Source of the DNA: a virus
Direction: 5' to 3' (one strand)
Length of the DNA: 40,670 bases
Virus record (IMG/VR): IMGVR_UViG_3300030521_000004
Span: 1-40,670 of that record
In this document: piece by piece, positions 17,293 to 24,712 of the stretch
Layout: every line of letters starts with the position of its first letter
Numbering within the stretch: position 1 is the first letter of the stretch
Notes under the pieces: generated by a model
Told to the model about the DNA's origin: nothing
What the model saw: the letters and a program-made list of their open reading frames with translations, nothing else
Database searches by the model: none
Made by a program: the position numbers and the translations under genes

Positions 17293-17326
17293 GTCGCCCC
17301 ATGGTTCGGTGAGCGCCGGGTCGTCG

Positions 17327-18232
17327 TCAGCCACCGCGGCCTGCCACAAGCCCGCTTTTGGCTTCCATCAATGCATCAGTAATCTTCCGGTTGACCTCGC
17401 CGAGCCGAGCGATCGCCGACTCCGGCTTGCCAGCCTGCACATACTTGGTGTGAACGACGTTGAAGAACTCGCTGTTGCTCTCCCAGAAGCCGCCTTTGTC
17501 CGCCGCCTCGGAGAACGCAAGTTCGAGGCCGGTCAGGTAGTCGCTAAGCTTGTCGTATGGGATCGACTCGCCGTCTCCGGTGATCAGCTCGAAGGGGGCA
17601 GGTTTCACTGGCTGGTCAGGTTCCGGGACGGAAGGCTCGATAGGCGCAGCCAACGGCGGTAGATCGCTGACTTGCGCCCGATAAGTCTCAACACGGCTCT
17701 TTGGGGGCTCAAAGTCCTGCACTTCCTCCGGCGTGTACATACCGCTTGTCGAAGACGGGAACACCGTCTTGCATCCTTCGGAGACGCAGCGCGCGCGGAG
17801 CATCTGGCGCGAGTATTTCGTCCACATCTCCTTGCCGCCGAGGCCGGCTTTCTTGGCCCTGGCGAGATCCCAGTCGCATCGAAACGCGCCGCCTTGCGGG
17901 TGCGAGAACGTCGCATCGGCTCTGGCATCGGTCAGCTCGTGCCATTCGACCTTGCCGCCGGAGCGCTGGAAATCGCGGAGCATCGCCTCGGCCTTCTTGC
18001 TCGGGCGCCCCTGGATAATGTCATAGTCACGCGCGGCGATCATCGGGTGCAGCCCCTCGGCCTGGGCGAGCATCATTAGCGCGAATGCTTGCTCGGGCTG
18101 CTTCATTCCGAACAGCCCTGACTTCGCAACAGCTTGCGCCATGCGCCATATGTCGTCAAAGCTGGCTGGCGACGGCGGCACTACGATAGGAGTATCCGCG
18201 CGGTTAACGACCTGCAATTGATTCGGCTGCAT
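17327..18232 (-). CDS. RecT-like single-strand annealing protein, 301 aa
   Basis: Trimmed to ATG 18232 (GAGGGA RBS). The MWTKYSRQMLRARCVSEGCKTVFP segment resembles the conserved RecT core. Adjacent to a nuclease gene. Confidence 0.6.
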   Translation of the reverse strand: MQPNQLQVVNRADTPIVVPPSPASFDDIWRMAQAVAKSGLFGMKQPEQAFALMMLAQAEGLHPMIAARDYDIIQGRPSKKAEAMLRDFQRSGGKVEWHELTDARADATFSHPQGGAFRCDWDLARAKKAGLGGKEMWTKYSRQMLRARCVSEGCKTVFPSSTSGMYTPEEVQDFEPPKSRVETYRAQVSDLPPLAAPIEPSVPEPDQPVKPAPFELITGDGESIPYDKLSDYLTGLELAFSEAADKGGFWESNSEFFNVVHTKYVQAGKPESAIARLGEVNRKITDALMEAKSGLVAGRGG

Positions 18233-18602
18233 CGTCTCTATCCCTCTGTTCCAGCAGCTCGACATAAGCCGCCTCGGTTATCGGCCGCCCCACACACTCC
18301 GGCCATGCATCTTCAATCTGTGCCGGGTGCCCATCGATCTCGCATTGCCAGAGCGGGGAGCGATCGCCCTCCTCGCCGGTCTCCGGATCTCGCGACGGCG
18401 CAAACCAGATGCGGATCGGCATCCATCGCTTGACTCGCGCTCCAGCCTGGTCCGGCACCATCCACGGCTTTTCGTAGAAGCCGGCGATCGGCGGCCATGT
18501 CTCGACTGCGGCTATGCCGTCACGGCGGAGCGCATACATGCTGCGCTGAGGCTCGCCGACATCGCGTGGCCCGACAGGACGCGGCGTGTAGAGTTCACGC
18601 AT
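18204..18602 (-). CDS. hypothetical protein, 132 aa
   Basis: Track ORF 18204..18905 trimmed to ATG 18602 with AAGGAGG RBS 7 nt upstream. Confidence 0.6.
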   Translation of the reverse strand: MRELYTPRPVGPRDVGEPQRSMYALRRDGIAAVETWPPIAGFYEKPWMVPDQAGARVKRWMPIRIWFAPSRDPETGEEGDRSPLWQCEIDGHPAQIEDAWPECVGRPITEAAYVELLEQRDRDDAAESIAGR

Positions 18603-18769
18603 CACGCTGCCTCCTTCATCTTGACCCACACGATTCGCCAGTTTGCTACCGTCCCCCGCGCCACGCCCAACCGCTCCGCGATCTGTCCATTGTCGAGCCC
18701 GCGCGCCATGAGGGCGAAGATTTGATCGCGCTTGGTGCGGCGGCCACGGGCTGGGAGGGTGCTGGTCAT
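18602..18769 (-). CDS. LuxR/GerE or sigma-region-4-type HTH protein, 55 aa
   Basis: Hand translation gives MTSTLPARGRRTKRDQIFALMARGLDNGQIAERLGVARGTVANWRIVWVKMKEAA. ATGA overlap upstream and TGATG overlap downstream. Below the track's size cutoff. Confidence 0.6.
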   Translation of the reverse strand: MTSTLPARGRRTKRDQIFALMARGLDNGQIAERLGVARGTVANWRIVWVKMKEAA

Positions 18770-19008
18770 ATGGCATCAGCGAAGATGCAACCGATCTGCC
18801 GCTCCGGGTAGTTGCGCTCGTGAATCCAGTATTGGCCGTAATGTTCGTGAAAGAAGGCGCGGAGCTGGCGCCTCTCACCTGGCACGCGTCGCTGGTACTC
18901 ATCAACGGCGGCTTGCTCGTCGGTCGTCATGGGGATTTCGTAATTAACCCATTTGACCCACTGCCCACGTGCGTCGTCCATACCGGGCGTGTTTTCCTTA
19001 AATTCCAT
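18766..19008 (-). CDS. hypothetical protein, 80 aa
   Basis: Track ORF with protein-like composition. Confidence 0.55.
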   Translation of the reverse strand: MEFKENTPGMDDARGQWVKWVNYEIPMTTDEQAAVDEYQRRVPGERRQLRAFFHEHYGQYWIHERNYPERQIGCIFADAI

Positions 19009-19213
19009 CGCTTCCTCCTGTAAGCCCGCTCCTGCATCGAATGCACACCGTCTCAGCGCTCGGCACGCTAGACCACGGCGTCATGCCGCAGCCTGTGCAG
19101 GTCGCGAGCTGGTAGACGCGTTCCTTGGTCCGGAAATCGATGATGTATTTCAGTTCGTTCGCGGGGTCTGTCCCGCGAGTCGCGTAGCCTGCATCGTTTT
19201 CGTCTCTAAACAT
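18998..19213 (-). CDS. Cys-containing hypothetical protein, 71 aa
   Basis: Track ORF trimmed to ATG 19213; CxxC ... CxxC pattern. Confidence 0.5.
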   Translation of the reverse strand: MFRDENDAGYATRGTDPANELKYIIDFRTKERVYQLATCTGCGMTPWSSVPSAETVCIRCRSGLTGGSDGI

Positions 19214-19442
19214 CTTTCCCGCTCCCCGGATCACGCCCCTGTAGCGCCCGCGAGATACTGATACCAAGATCGAACATGATGAGATCCAGCGACCCGCCAG
19301 ATTTTCCCGCCGACCCGGTCGGCTTCAACACGATCTCCACCGCATGGCCTGCCTTATCGCGTGCTACGCTGAGACGCAGCGGGTAGGATTCGCCGAGCAC
19401 GAGATCGAAGGTATCGGCCTGCAGGCGGCCGGGGATGTTCAT
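19206..19442 (-). CDS. hypothetical protein, 78 aa (weak TSCPD-like resemblance, unverified)
   Basis: Track ORF; segment EIVLKPTGSAGKSGGSLDLIMFDLGISISRALQG. Confidence 0.5.
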   Translation of the reverse strand: MNIPGRLQADTFDLVLGESYPLRLSVARDKAGHAVEIVLKPTGSAGKSGGSLDLIMFDLGISISRALQGRDPGSGKDV

Positions 19443-19648
19443 GGCCTGATCACCCGCGGCTCGCCTCGAAACATATGCGCATACTCAGGCCGCGTGCCGC
19501 AGGTAACGCCGAGATCCTTCGCGGACTCCACGTTCCAGAACGGCTTGCCGCATTTGGGCTCCGGACAGCGCCACAGCTCATCGCTAATGCGCGGCTTGCC
19601 GACCATGAAACTCATCGTGCAAAGATGGCAGTGCAGGCGGGCGGTCAT
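19439..19648 (-). CDS. zinc-ribbon-like hypothetical protein, 69 aa
   Basis: Track ORF; CHLC ... CPEPKC pattern; ATGA-type overlaps on both sides. Confidence 0.55.
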   Translation of the reverse strand: MTARLHCHLCTMSFMVGKPRISDELWRCPEPKCGKPFWNVESAKDLGVTCGTRPEYAHMFRGEPRVIRP

Positions 19649-19839
19649 TGGTTCTCCAGCGTTCTGCAGAGCGCGAGATAAGCCTCGGTGGCTTCGCGCG
19701 GGGTATCCACCACGGTCGGCTTATGCCAGGGGTGAACGATCGCCCAGACCGAATCGCCACCATGGTTAAGAGCGGCGAAATTACGCACATGCACGCCGAG
19801 CCGCATACGCCGCAAAGCAGCCTCGAGATATTCACTCAT
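19645..19839 (-). CDS. hypothetical protein, 64 aa
   Basis: Track ORF trimmed to ATG 19839, 6 nt after GGAGG. Confidence 0.5.
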   Translation of the reverse strand: MSEYLEAALRRMRLGVHVRNFAALNHGGDSVWAIVHPWHKPTVVDTPREATEAYLALCRTLENQ

Positions 19840-19963
19840 CTCCATCCTCCGCCGTCCTGATCGCATACAGTGCTGCAAGCAACGTCGCCCCCAGCCACAG
19901 GAGCACGCCCGCTAGCCACCATGTGACCGTGCTGGGCGGGGCGATGATGTGAAGCGGGGTCAT
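19832..19963 (-). CDS. 43-aa single-TM micro-protein
   Basis: Hand translation gives MTPLHIIAPPSTVTWWLAGVLLWLGATLLAALYAIRTAEDGDE; ATGA overlap with the J-domain stop. Confidence 0.45.
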   Translation of the reverse strand: MTPLHIIAPPSTVTWWLAGVLLWLGATLLAALYAIRTAEDGDE

Positions 19964-20559
19964 GCACGTAGCTCCTTGCGAGCCTGTTGGACAGCTTGCG
20001 TAAGCGCGTGAAACCTTTCAGCATCCCCGCCCGCGTCAGGGTGGGCCGTCTTTGCAAGCTCTCGATATTGCGATTCAGCTTTCCCTAGATCAGTTGCCGA
20101 TGATTCCGATGCCGGCCCGACCTCTAGCACAGTCCGCCAATGCGCCTGAGACGGCAGCGCCATGAAGCCATCGAATGCCTTCTCCATCATGTGCGCGCCG
20201 CCATGTCGTTCCATCTGGCGCAATCCGGCTATCGACAACCCAATGGAGCGAAGATTGTCATGCGGCGTATCGTATTAATCACGCGCCATCGCCATTGATT
20301 TGCCGTGGAACAGAAAATAGACCGCGGCTCCCGGATCAGGGATGCGTTGTCGCGCAGCGCTTGCAAGGGGCAGCCCGTCATTCCGCAGCGGGAGCCACGA
20401 GGACACGACCGCGCTCTTGGCCCCGAGCAAATCAAGCTCGCTCAAGAGTTGCTGCCGCGCCTTAGTAAAGGTCGTATTGAAGCGCGACTTCCATTGGCGT
20501 CGTCCGCTCGGCGTCCGCGGCCACCCGTCCGGCCATTGTAGTGGATATGCTTGCGTCAT
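19960..20559 (-). pseudogene. J-domain protein gene interrupted by one in-frame TAA (20275-20277); ORF halves are 20275..20559 and 19960..20274
   Basis: Both track ORFs (20275..20688 and 19960..20238) share one frame, with no other stop between them. HPD motif present in YRELAKTAHPDAGGDAERF. Confidence 0.7.
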
Positions 20560-20636
20560 CTCGTCGCCACCTGATGTGCGAACGACGCGAGGCAGCAGAG
20601 GGAGGCGATGAGGAGCCAGAATATGGTCAAGGTCAT
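20556..20636 (-). CDS. 26-aa hydrophobic micro-protein
   Basis: Hand translation gives MTLTIFWLLIASLCCLASFAHQVATR. TGATG overlap with the Arc-like stop and ATGA overlap with the next start. Confidence 0.4.
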   Translation of the reverse strand: MTLTIFWLLIASLCCLASFAHQVATR

Positions 20637-20797
20637 CACCGCTGTCCTTTCTTGGCATTCTCGAATGATTTGCGCAGGCGCCTGGCAATCTCGGCGGTCA
20701 CTGGCCGGTCGGCTTCAATAGCCGCCTTGCGAACAGCTTCCATCAAATCGCGCGGGAGCGTCACATGAACCCGCTCTAGTGTCTCGATATTAGGCAT
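20636..20797 (-). CDS. Arc/MetJ-type ribbon-helix-helix repressor, 53 aa
   Basis: Track ORF trimmed to ATG 20797. Predicted strand RVHVTLPRDL followed by two helices. First gene after the switch region. Confidence 0.7.
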   Translation of the reverse strand: MPNIETLERVHVTLPRDLMEAVRKAAIEADRPVTAEIARRLRKSFENAKKGQR

Positions 20798-20810
20798 TTG
20801 AAAATTCCTG

Positions 20811-20838
20811 TTGACGCCCACGAATGGGTTACTATATA
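20811..20838 (+). promoter_or_regulatory. rightward early promoter TTGACG-N16-TATATA
   Basis: Hexamers at 20811-20816 and 20833-20838; ACGGAG RBS before ATG 20884. Confidence 0.6.
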
Positions 20839-20860
20839 GATCATCACACACCGTTGTCAA
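20833..20860 (-). promoter_or_regulatory. leftward early promoter TTGACA-N16-TATATA (or N18-TATAGT), sharing its -10 box with the rightward promoter
   Basis: TTGACA is the reverse complement of 20855-20860; the -10 uses the same palindromic 20833-20838 hexamer. Confidence 0.6.
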
Positions 20861-20883
20861 GACCGCTAAAACGGAGTCGCCCA

Positions 20884-21126
20884 ATGACCGCCACTCGCCT
20901 CAACCCCCTCGCTGCCGCCCGTGACGTCGCTCAGCGCTTCGAGGACAGCTCCGCCCTCAACGCCGCGGCCGGTGCTTTGCAGACCGCATACGTCGCCCTT
21001 GCGATCCAGCTCAAGGACATGCACGACGACGCTGGCGTGATGCTGGTCGAGGAGATGCTGTACCGGCTGGAGGATGTTGCGGCGAAGATGCGGGTTAGGG
21101 CGAGCGATATTGGGGATGGGTTGTAA
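20884..21126 (+). CDS. hypothetical protein, 80 aa
   Basis: Track ORF 20824..21126 trimmed to ATG 20884, because its first 60 nt are the promoter region. Confidence 0.6.
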   Translation: MTATRLNPLAAARDVAQRFEDSSALNAAAGALQTAYVALAIQLKDMHDDAGVMLVEEMLYRLEDVAAKMRVRASDIGDGL

Positions 21127-21647
21127 TGGACGACCTACACAAAGAAACCGTAGAGGCTTTCCGTCAGGCCGCCGATGTGGCGCTCGACGGTGAGACGCTG
21201 GTAAAACTGAAAAAGCAGGCCAGCGACATTTTCCAGGGCGCGCTGGATGACATTGAATACAGCCTCAAGGAAGACCTCGCCCACAACCTCGCTGCCTATA
21301 CAGCCGAGATGGCACGAAAGACTGTTGATGCCTTGCTGGCTGGCAATGAATCCGAGATGCGCCGTTATCTATCCTGCGAGGCTGGACGATGGAACGGCCG
21401 CAGTGATGGCGATACTTATCGGCCGCGTCCAATCGCCGAGCAGCATTCCGTCATTCACGGACGCCTGTTCGAGCAAGGCTGTGTCGAGTTGCGCGCGAGG
21501 ATCGTCGCCGCCCACCGGGATCTCATCACAAGCGAACGCATCCTAGATCTTGAGGATCAAGTCAAGTCGCTGGTGGCTCAGGTCAACAAGAAGGCGGACG
21601 AGAACGAGAAGCTAATCCAGCGTCTGCGCGATGCGAACGCGTGGTGA
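21126..21647 (+). CDS. hypothetical protein, 173 aa
   Basis: Track ORF; TAATG overlap with the upstream stop. Confidence 0.65.
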   Translation: MDDLHKETVEAFRQAADVALDGETLVKLKKQASDIFQGALDDIEYSLKEDLAHNLAAYTAEMARKTVDALLAGNESEMRRYLSCEAGRWNGRSDGDTYRPRPIAEQHSVIHGRLFEQGCVELRARIVAAHRDLITSERILDLEDQVKSLVAQVNKKADENEKLIQRLRDANAW

Positions 21648-21697
21648 CCACCTAACCCCACCCCTCCATAGATGGCGGGCAGGAAAGGGAAGAGAGA

Positions 21698-21991
21698 ATG
21701 AGCGAGTGGCAGCCGATCGACACCGCGCCGAAGGGAATGAAAGTGCTCGCCGGATATTTCAACGAGGCTGGCAAATGGCGGACGGTGACTGCCACATATT
21801 ACGAAGATGGGACATTAGATTCCCACGAGGATCAGCACGAGAGCGGATACGCACCCGAAGGCTGGTACGAGGAATCAGAGACGCATGAAGAAATCATGCG
21901 AATGACGACGCCAACGCATTGGCAGCCGCTTCCTGCTCCGCCTAACCCCACCCCTCACCGCCCGCCAGAGGAAGGAATGAGCCATGAGTGA
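21698..21991 (+). CDS. hypothetical protein with N-terminal WQPIDTAPKG motif, 97 aa
   Basis: Track ORF; purine-rich RBS. Confidence 0.6.
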   Translation: MSEWQPIDTAPKGMKVLAGYFNEAGKWRTVTATYYEDGTLDSHEDQHESGYAPEGWYEESETHEEIMRMTTPTHWQPLPAPPNPTPHRPPEEGMSHE

Positions 21992-22154
21992 GCAGAGGCC
22001 GGGGGAGCGCACGCCGCACGATGGCATGCCGTACTACTGCGACGCTTGCGGCGCAGGTTGGGCAGAGTTCATCGCGTGCGAGCAACTTAGCTGCCGTCTC
22101 GAAACGATAGACACCGCGCTGGCCCGCGCCGCCCTTAAGAAAGCGAAGGAATAG
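21984..22154 (+). CDS. Cys-rich hypothetical protein, 56 aa
   Basis: Hand translation gives MSEQRPGERTPHDGMPYYCDACGAGWAEFIACEQLSCRLETIDTALARAALKKAKE; 8-nt overlap with the upstream gene. Confidence 0.5.
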   Translation: MSEQRPGERTPHDGMPYYCDACGAGWAEFIACEQLSCRLETIDTALARAALKKAKE

Positions 22155-22159
22155 CCCCT

Positions 22160-22506
22160 ATGGATGCCACGCTGATTGAACGGCTGGAAGCTGCGATGGG
22201 GCCGGATCGTGAATTAGATTTTGCGATTTGGATGGAGATAGCGAAACCCTCTCAACCAATGCAATTCGTCGCGAACTCTCCGCATTATTCATCCAGCCTG
22301 GATGCGGCGATGACGCTGGCACCAGACGAGTGGACCGCATGGTAATTGCGTTCGCGGAATCGCAAGGCGAGATTCGTCGCTGATCTTTCGCGTCTGAACG
22401 CAGACAGCAATGAAGAATATGCGACTGGGCATGGGCCCACGCCAGCCATCGCTCTATGCATCGCAGCCCTTCGCACCCGGATCACAAGCGATAGGGCGGA
22501 GAGATG
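22160..22506 (+). pseudogene. paralogue of the 24374..24712 gene, interrupted by an in-frame TAA at 22343-22345
   Basis: The frame continues after the TAA for 53 codons ending ..GPTPAIALCIAALRTRITSDRAER, matching ..GGRTAVLALCIAALKARTMAKS of the paralogue. Its final TGA overlaps the next ATG as ATGA. Confidence 0.65.
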
Positions 22507-22713
22507 AAGCTGTGCAAGGACTGCAAGTGGTGCAAGCCGGATATGAGGTTCAGCAATCAGGACGACCAGATGGATTTTTCGATCTGCGCACGCAGTAAAA
22601 TTGACCCAGTTTCCGGAAAGCCGGGTTGGCCGTGTTCCGTGGAGCGTGGAAGCTTCGGGTTGTTCGCTACAACTTGCGGCCCGCGCGGCAGATTCTGGGA
22701 GCAACGCCCATGA
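22504..22713 (+). CDS. Cys-rich hypothetical protein, 69 aa
   Basis: Track ORF. Confidence 0.6.
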   Translation: MKLCKDCKWCKPDMRFSNQDDQMDFSICARSKIDPVSGKPGWPCSVERGSFGLFATTCGPRGRFWEQRP

Positions 22714-22787
22714 CCCGCGTAATCGAAGCGGCGCTCCTCGTGCTCGCTGCGGCCGTCGTGTGGGGCTGGTGCGTGGTGTTGTCATGA
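22710..22787 (+). CDS. 25-aa hydrophobic micro-protein
   Basis: Hand translation gives MTRVIEAALLVLAAAVVWGWCVVLS; ATGA overlaps at both ends. Confidence 0.4.
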   Translation: MTRVIEAALLVLAAAVVWGWCVVLS

Positions 22788-22972
22788 AGGGCGTCACCGT
22801 CGGAGTTTTCGTGACGTATTTAGTCGGCTGCTATTACGGCGGTGCCGCGATGCATGACGCCGATTCATTCTCGTTCAAACATCTGGCCCAGATAACAGCG
22901 TGGCCGGTCTACCTCGCCGCCGAAGAAATCTATCCGTATTTCCTCGCCCGCCTTCAGCACACGGAGAACTGA
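22784..22972 (+). CDS. small membrane protein, 62 aa
   Basis: Distal part of track ORF 22601..22972, starting at ATG 22784. Confidence 0.5.
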   Translation: MKGVTVGVFVTYLVGCYYGGAAMHDADSFSFKHLAQITAWPVYLAAEEIYPYFLARLQHTEN

Positions 22973-22973
22973 C

Positions 22974-23204
22974 ATGAACGCCATCATCTCCGAGTTCCGC
23001 GCTCGCTTCATCGCCGCGGCCACCGAGCCGGTACCAGCGCCGATCAACCGCGGCACGCCGAATCCGCCGCGACGAGGCAAGGATCTCGGCCCCAACCAGC
23101 TCGCGTGGCTGCGAGACAAGATCGGGCCGTTCGAGGTCTGCGAACGGCTTGTGTTGGCCAGTGACCAGCATCGGCAAGAGATGCTGGGGAAGGTCAGGCC
23201 ATGA
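22974..23204 (+). CDS. hypothetical protein, 76 aa
   Basis: Track ORF. Confidence 0.55.
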   Translation: MNAIISEFRARFIAAATEPVPAPINRGTPNPPRRGKDLGPNQLAWLRDKIGPFEVCERLVLASDQHRQEMLGKVRP

Positions 23205-23521
23205 CCTCGCTGACCCCCGAAGCCCTGCGGAGCTTGTGCGAGAGACTCACCGAGGAGTATTCGCCGGAACGCGAGGAAGCCGCTGCCGCCATCGCTGGGC
23301 TGGTGGAGGAGCGAGCGCAGATCATAGCTGCCCGCGATCAGCATTTCGCCCAAGCATTGGACAACGGCGGAAAAGCGAACGAGTACGAGGCAAAGCTGCG
23401 CGAGATCGAAAATCGCGCTGATTACTGCCTCTTGGATGGCCATACATTTGATGGACTGCAATCCAACTTGCGCCAGATTCTTGCCATCGCCCGCACCTCA
23501 CCCGCAGGAGAGAAGAAATGA
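23201..23521 (+). CDS. coiled-coil-like hypothetical protein, 106 aa
   Basis: Track ORF; ATGA overlap. Confidence 0.6.
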   Translation: MTSLTPEALRSLCERLTEEYSPEREEAAAAIAGLVEERAQIIAARDQHFAQALDNGGKANEYEAKLREIENRADYCLLDGHTFDGLQSNLRQILAIARTSPAGEKK

Positions 23522-23637
23522 ATAAGCCGAGACAGGTTGTTATTGCTGGATTCTTTGTCGCGTGGGTCGCGCTGGTGGTGTGCTTCATCGGGGGCGCGGG
23601 CTACATCGTCCTGCATTTCATCTCCAAGCTCTGGTGA
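23518..23637 (+). CDS. 39-aa single-TM micro-protein
   Basis: Hand translation gives MNKPRQVVIAGFFVAWVALVVCFIGGAGYIVLHFISKLW; ATGA overlap upstream. Confidence 0.45.
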   Translation: MNKPRQVVIAGFFVAWVALVVCFIGGAGYIVLHFISKLW

Positions 23638-23642
23638 GCCCC

Positions 23643-24377
23643 ATGACCCCGCCGAAGCAGAAAGAGCCGTTCACGAGGCCGTTTCGCGTCACACGCATGC
23701 TCTACTCTGGCGTAGAGATCGGCCATATCGTGGTCGATGCTGACCGCATCCAAATATCAGAAGTTATGCAAGAGCAAGATGCTAAATGGCTCTGCTCGCG
23801 CCTCAACTCCGCCCCACCGCCCGCCATGGAGAGCGAGAGGGAGGCGTTCGAGGCGGCATTTCCGGGACGCGACTTCGGCCTGTTCGGAAGTGCGGGCGGC
23901 GTGGTCGTCTACAATGACCAACTAACGCAATACCTGTGGCGCGGCTGGCTCGCCCGCTCCGCGGGGGCGAGGGAGGGAGTCGAGGTTAGGCAGCTCCAAT
24001 TCGGCGACATCCTTCTAGAAACCAGCGTAAGCGAGTCAACTGACGCCGAAAAGCTTGAGCGCATCAAGCGGGAGGCGGACGATGGGCTAGCGAATGCAGG
24101 CCCTAATATTTATGGCATCAAGCTGCACGCCATACGCTCGATCCTGCTTGAGCGCCGCCAGGACGATGTATCGAAGCGGTGGGTCATCGCCGCCCACAGC
24201 GCCCCGGCTGCGCTGAGCGAGGATGAGGCAGAGGAAGACATTCGCCAGTGTCCAGTATGCGCGGGTAGCGGCAGCGATGGCGTTTACCCCGATGATGGAA
24301 GCCCGGCCGAATGTCAATCATGTGGTGGCGAAGGTCTTGTAACATTCTGGCCAGCACGGACCGGACCCGCCAAATGA
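23643..24377 (+). CDS. hypothetical protein, 244 aa, with a C-terminal DnaJ-type CxxCxGxG zinc-finger pair
   Basis: Track ORF trimmed to ATG 23643 (GGTGAG RBS). Carries CPVCAGSG and CQSCGGEG. Confidence 0.6.
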   Translation: MTPPKQKEPFTRPFRVTRMLYSGVEIGHIVVDADRIQISEVMQEQDAKWLCSRLNSAPPPAMESEREAFEAAFPGRDFGLFGSAGGVVVYNDQLTQYLWRGWLARSAGAREGVEVRQLQFGDILLETSVSESTDAEKLERIKREADDGLANAGPNIYGIKLHAIRSILLERRQDDVSKRWVIAAHSAPAALSEDEAEEDIRQCPVCAGSGSDGVYPDDGSPAECQSCGGEGLVTFWPARTGPAK

Positions 24378-24712
24378 CCGACGCACTGATTGAAAAATTG
24401 ACATGTGCGACGGGCCCTAGCCGCGAGTTAGATGCGGAAATCCATTCAATAGTGCGCCACTGGACTGATGGCGACCGCCCTGCTCCATTTTATACCGCAT
24501 CGATTGATGATGCGATGACATTGGTTCCGACACAATATGGGTGGTGGGCTGAAATCCACCACCGGCCAGATTCGCCGGGTGTTGTGCTTTGGCAATTCCC
24601 GCAACCATGTGGGCGGATTCCAGCCGACAAGCCTTATCAAATTGGCGGCCGGACAGCAGTCCTCGCCCTTTGCATCGCCGCGCTCAAGGCTCGCACCATG
24701 GCCAAGTCATGA
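24374..24712 (+). CDS. hypothetical protein, 112 aa; intact paralogue of the 22160..22506 gene
   Basis: Trimmed to ATG 24374 (ATGA overlap). Shares xxALIExLxxAxGPxRELD ... DAAMTLxP ... ALCIAAL with the paralogue. Confidence 0.6.
   Translation: MTDALIEKLTCATGPSRELDAEIHSIVRHWTDGDRPAPFYTASIDDAMTLVPTQYGWWAEIHHRPDSPGVVLWQFPQPCGRIPADKPYQIGGRTAVLALCIAALKARTMAKS

Noticed and set aside
18204-18905. 233-aa version of this ORF, and similar N-terminal extensions of the track ORFs ending at 3921, 8235, 20688 and 28140
   Set aside because: The upstream parts overlap better-supported genes in other frames and look non-protein-like. Internal ATGs with strong RBSs or ATGA overlaps give the shorter models used here.
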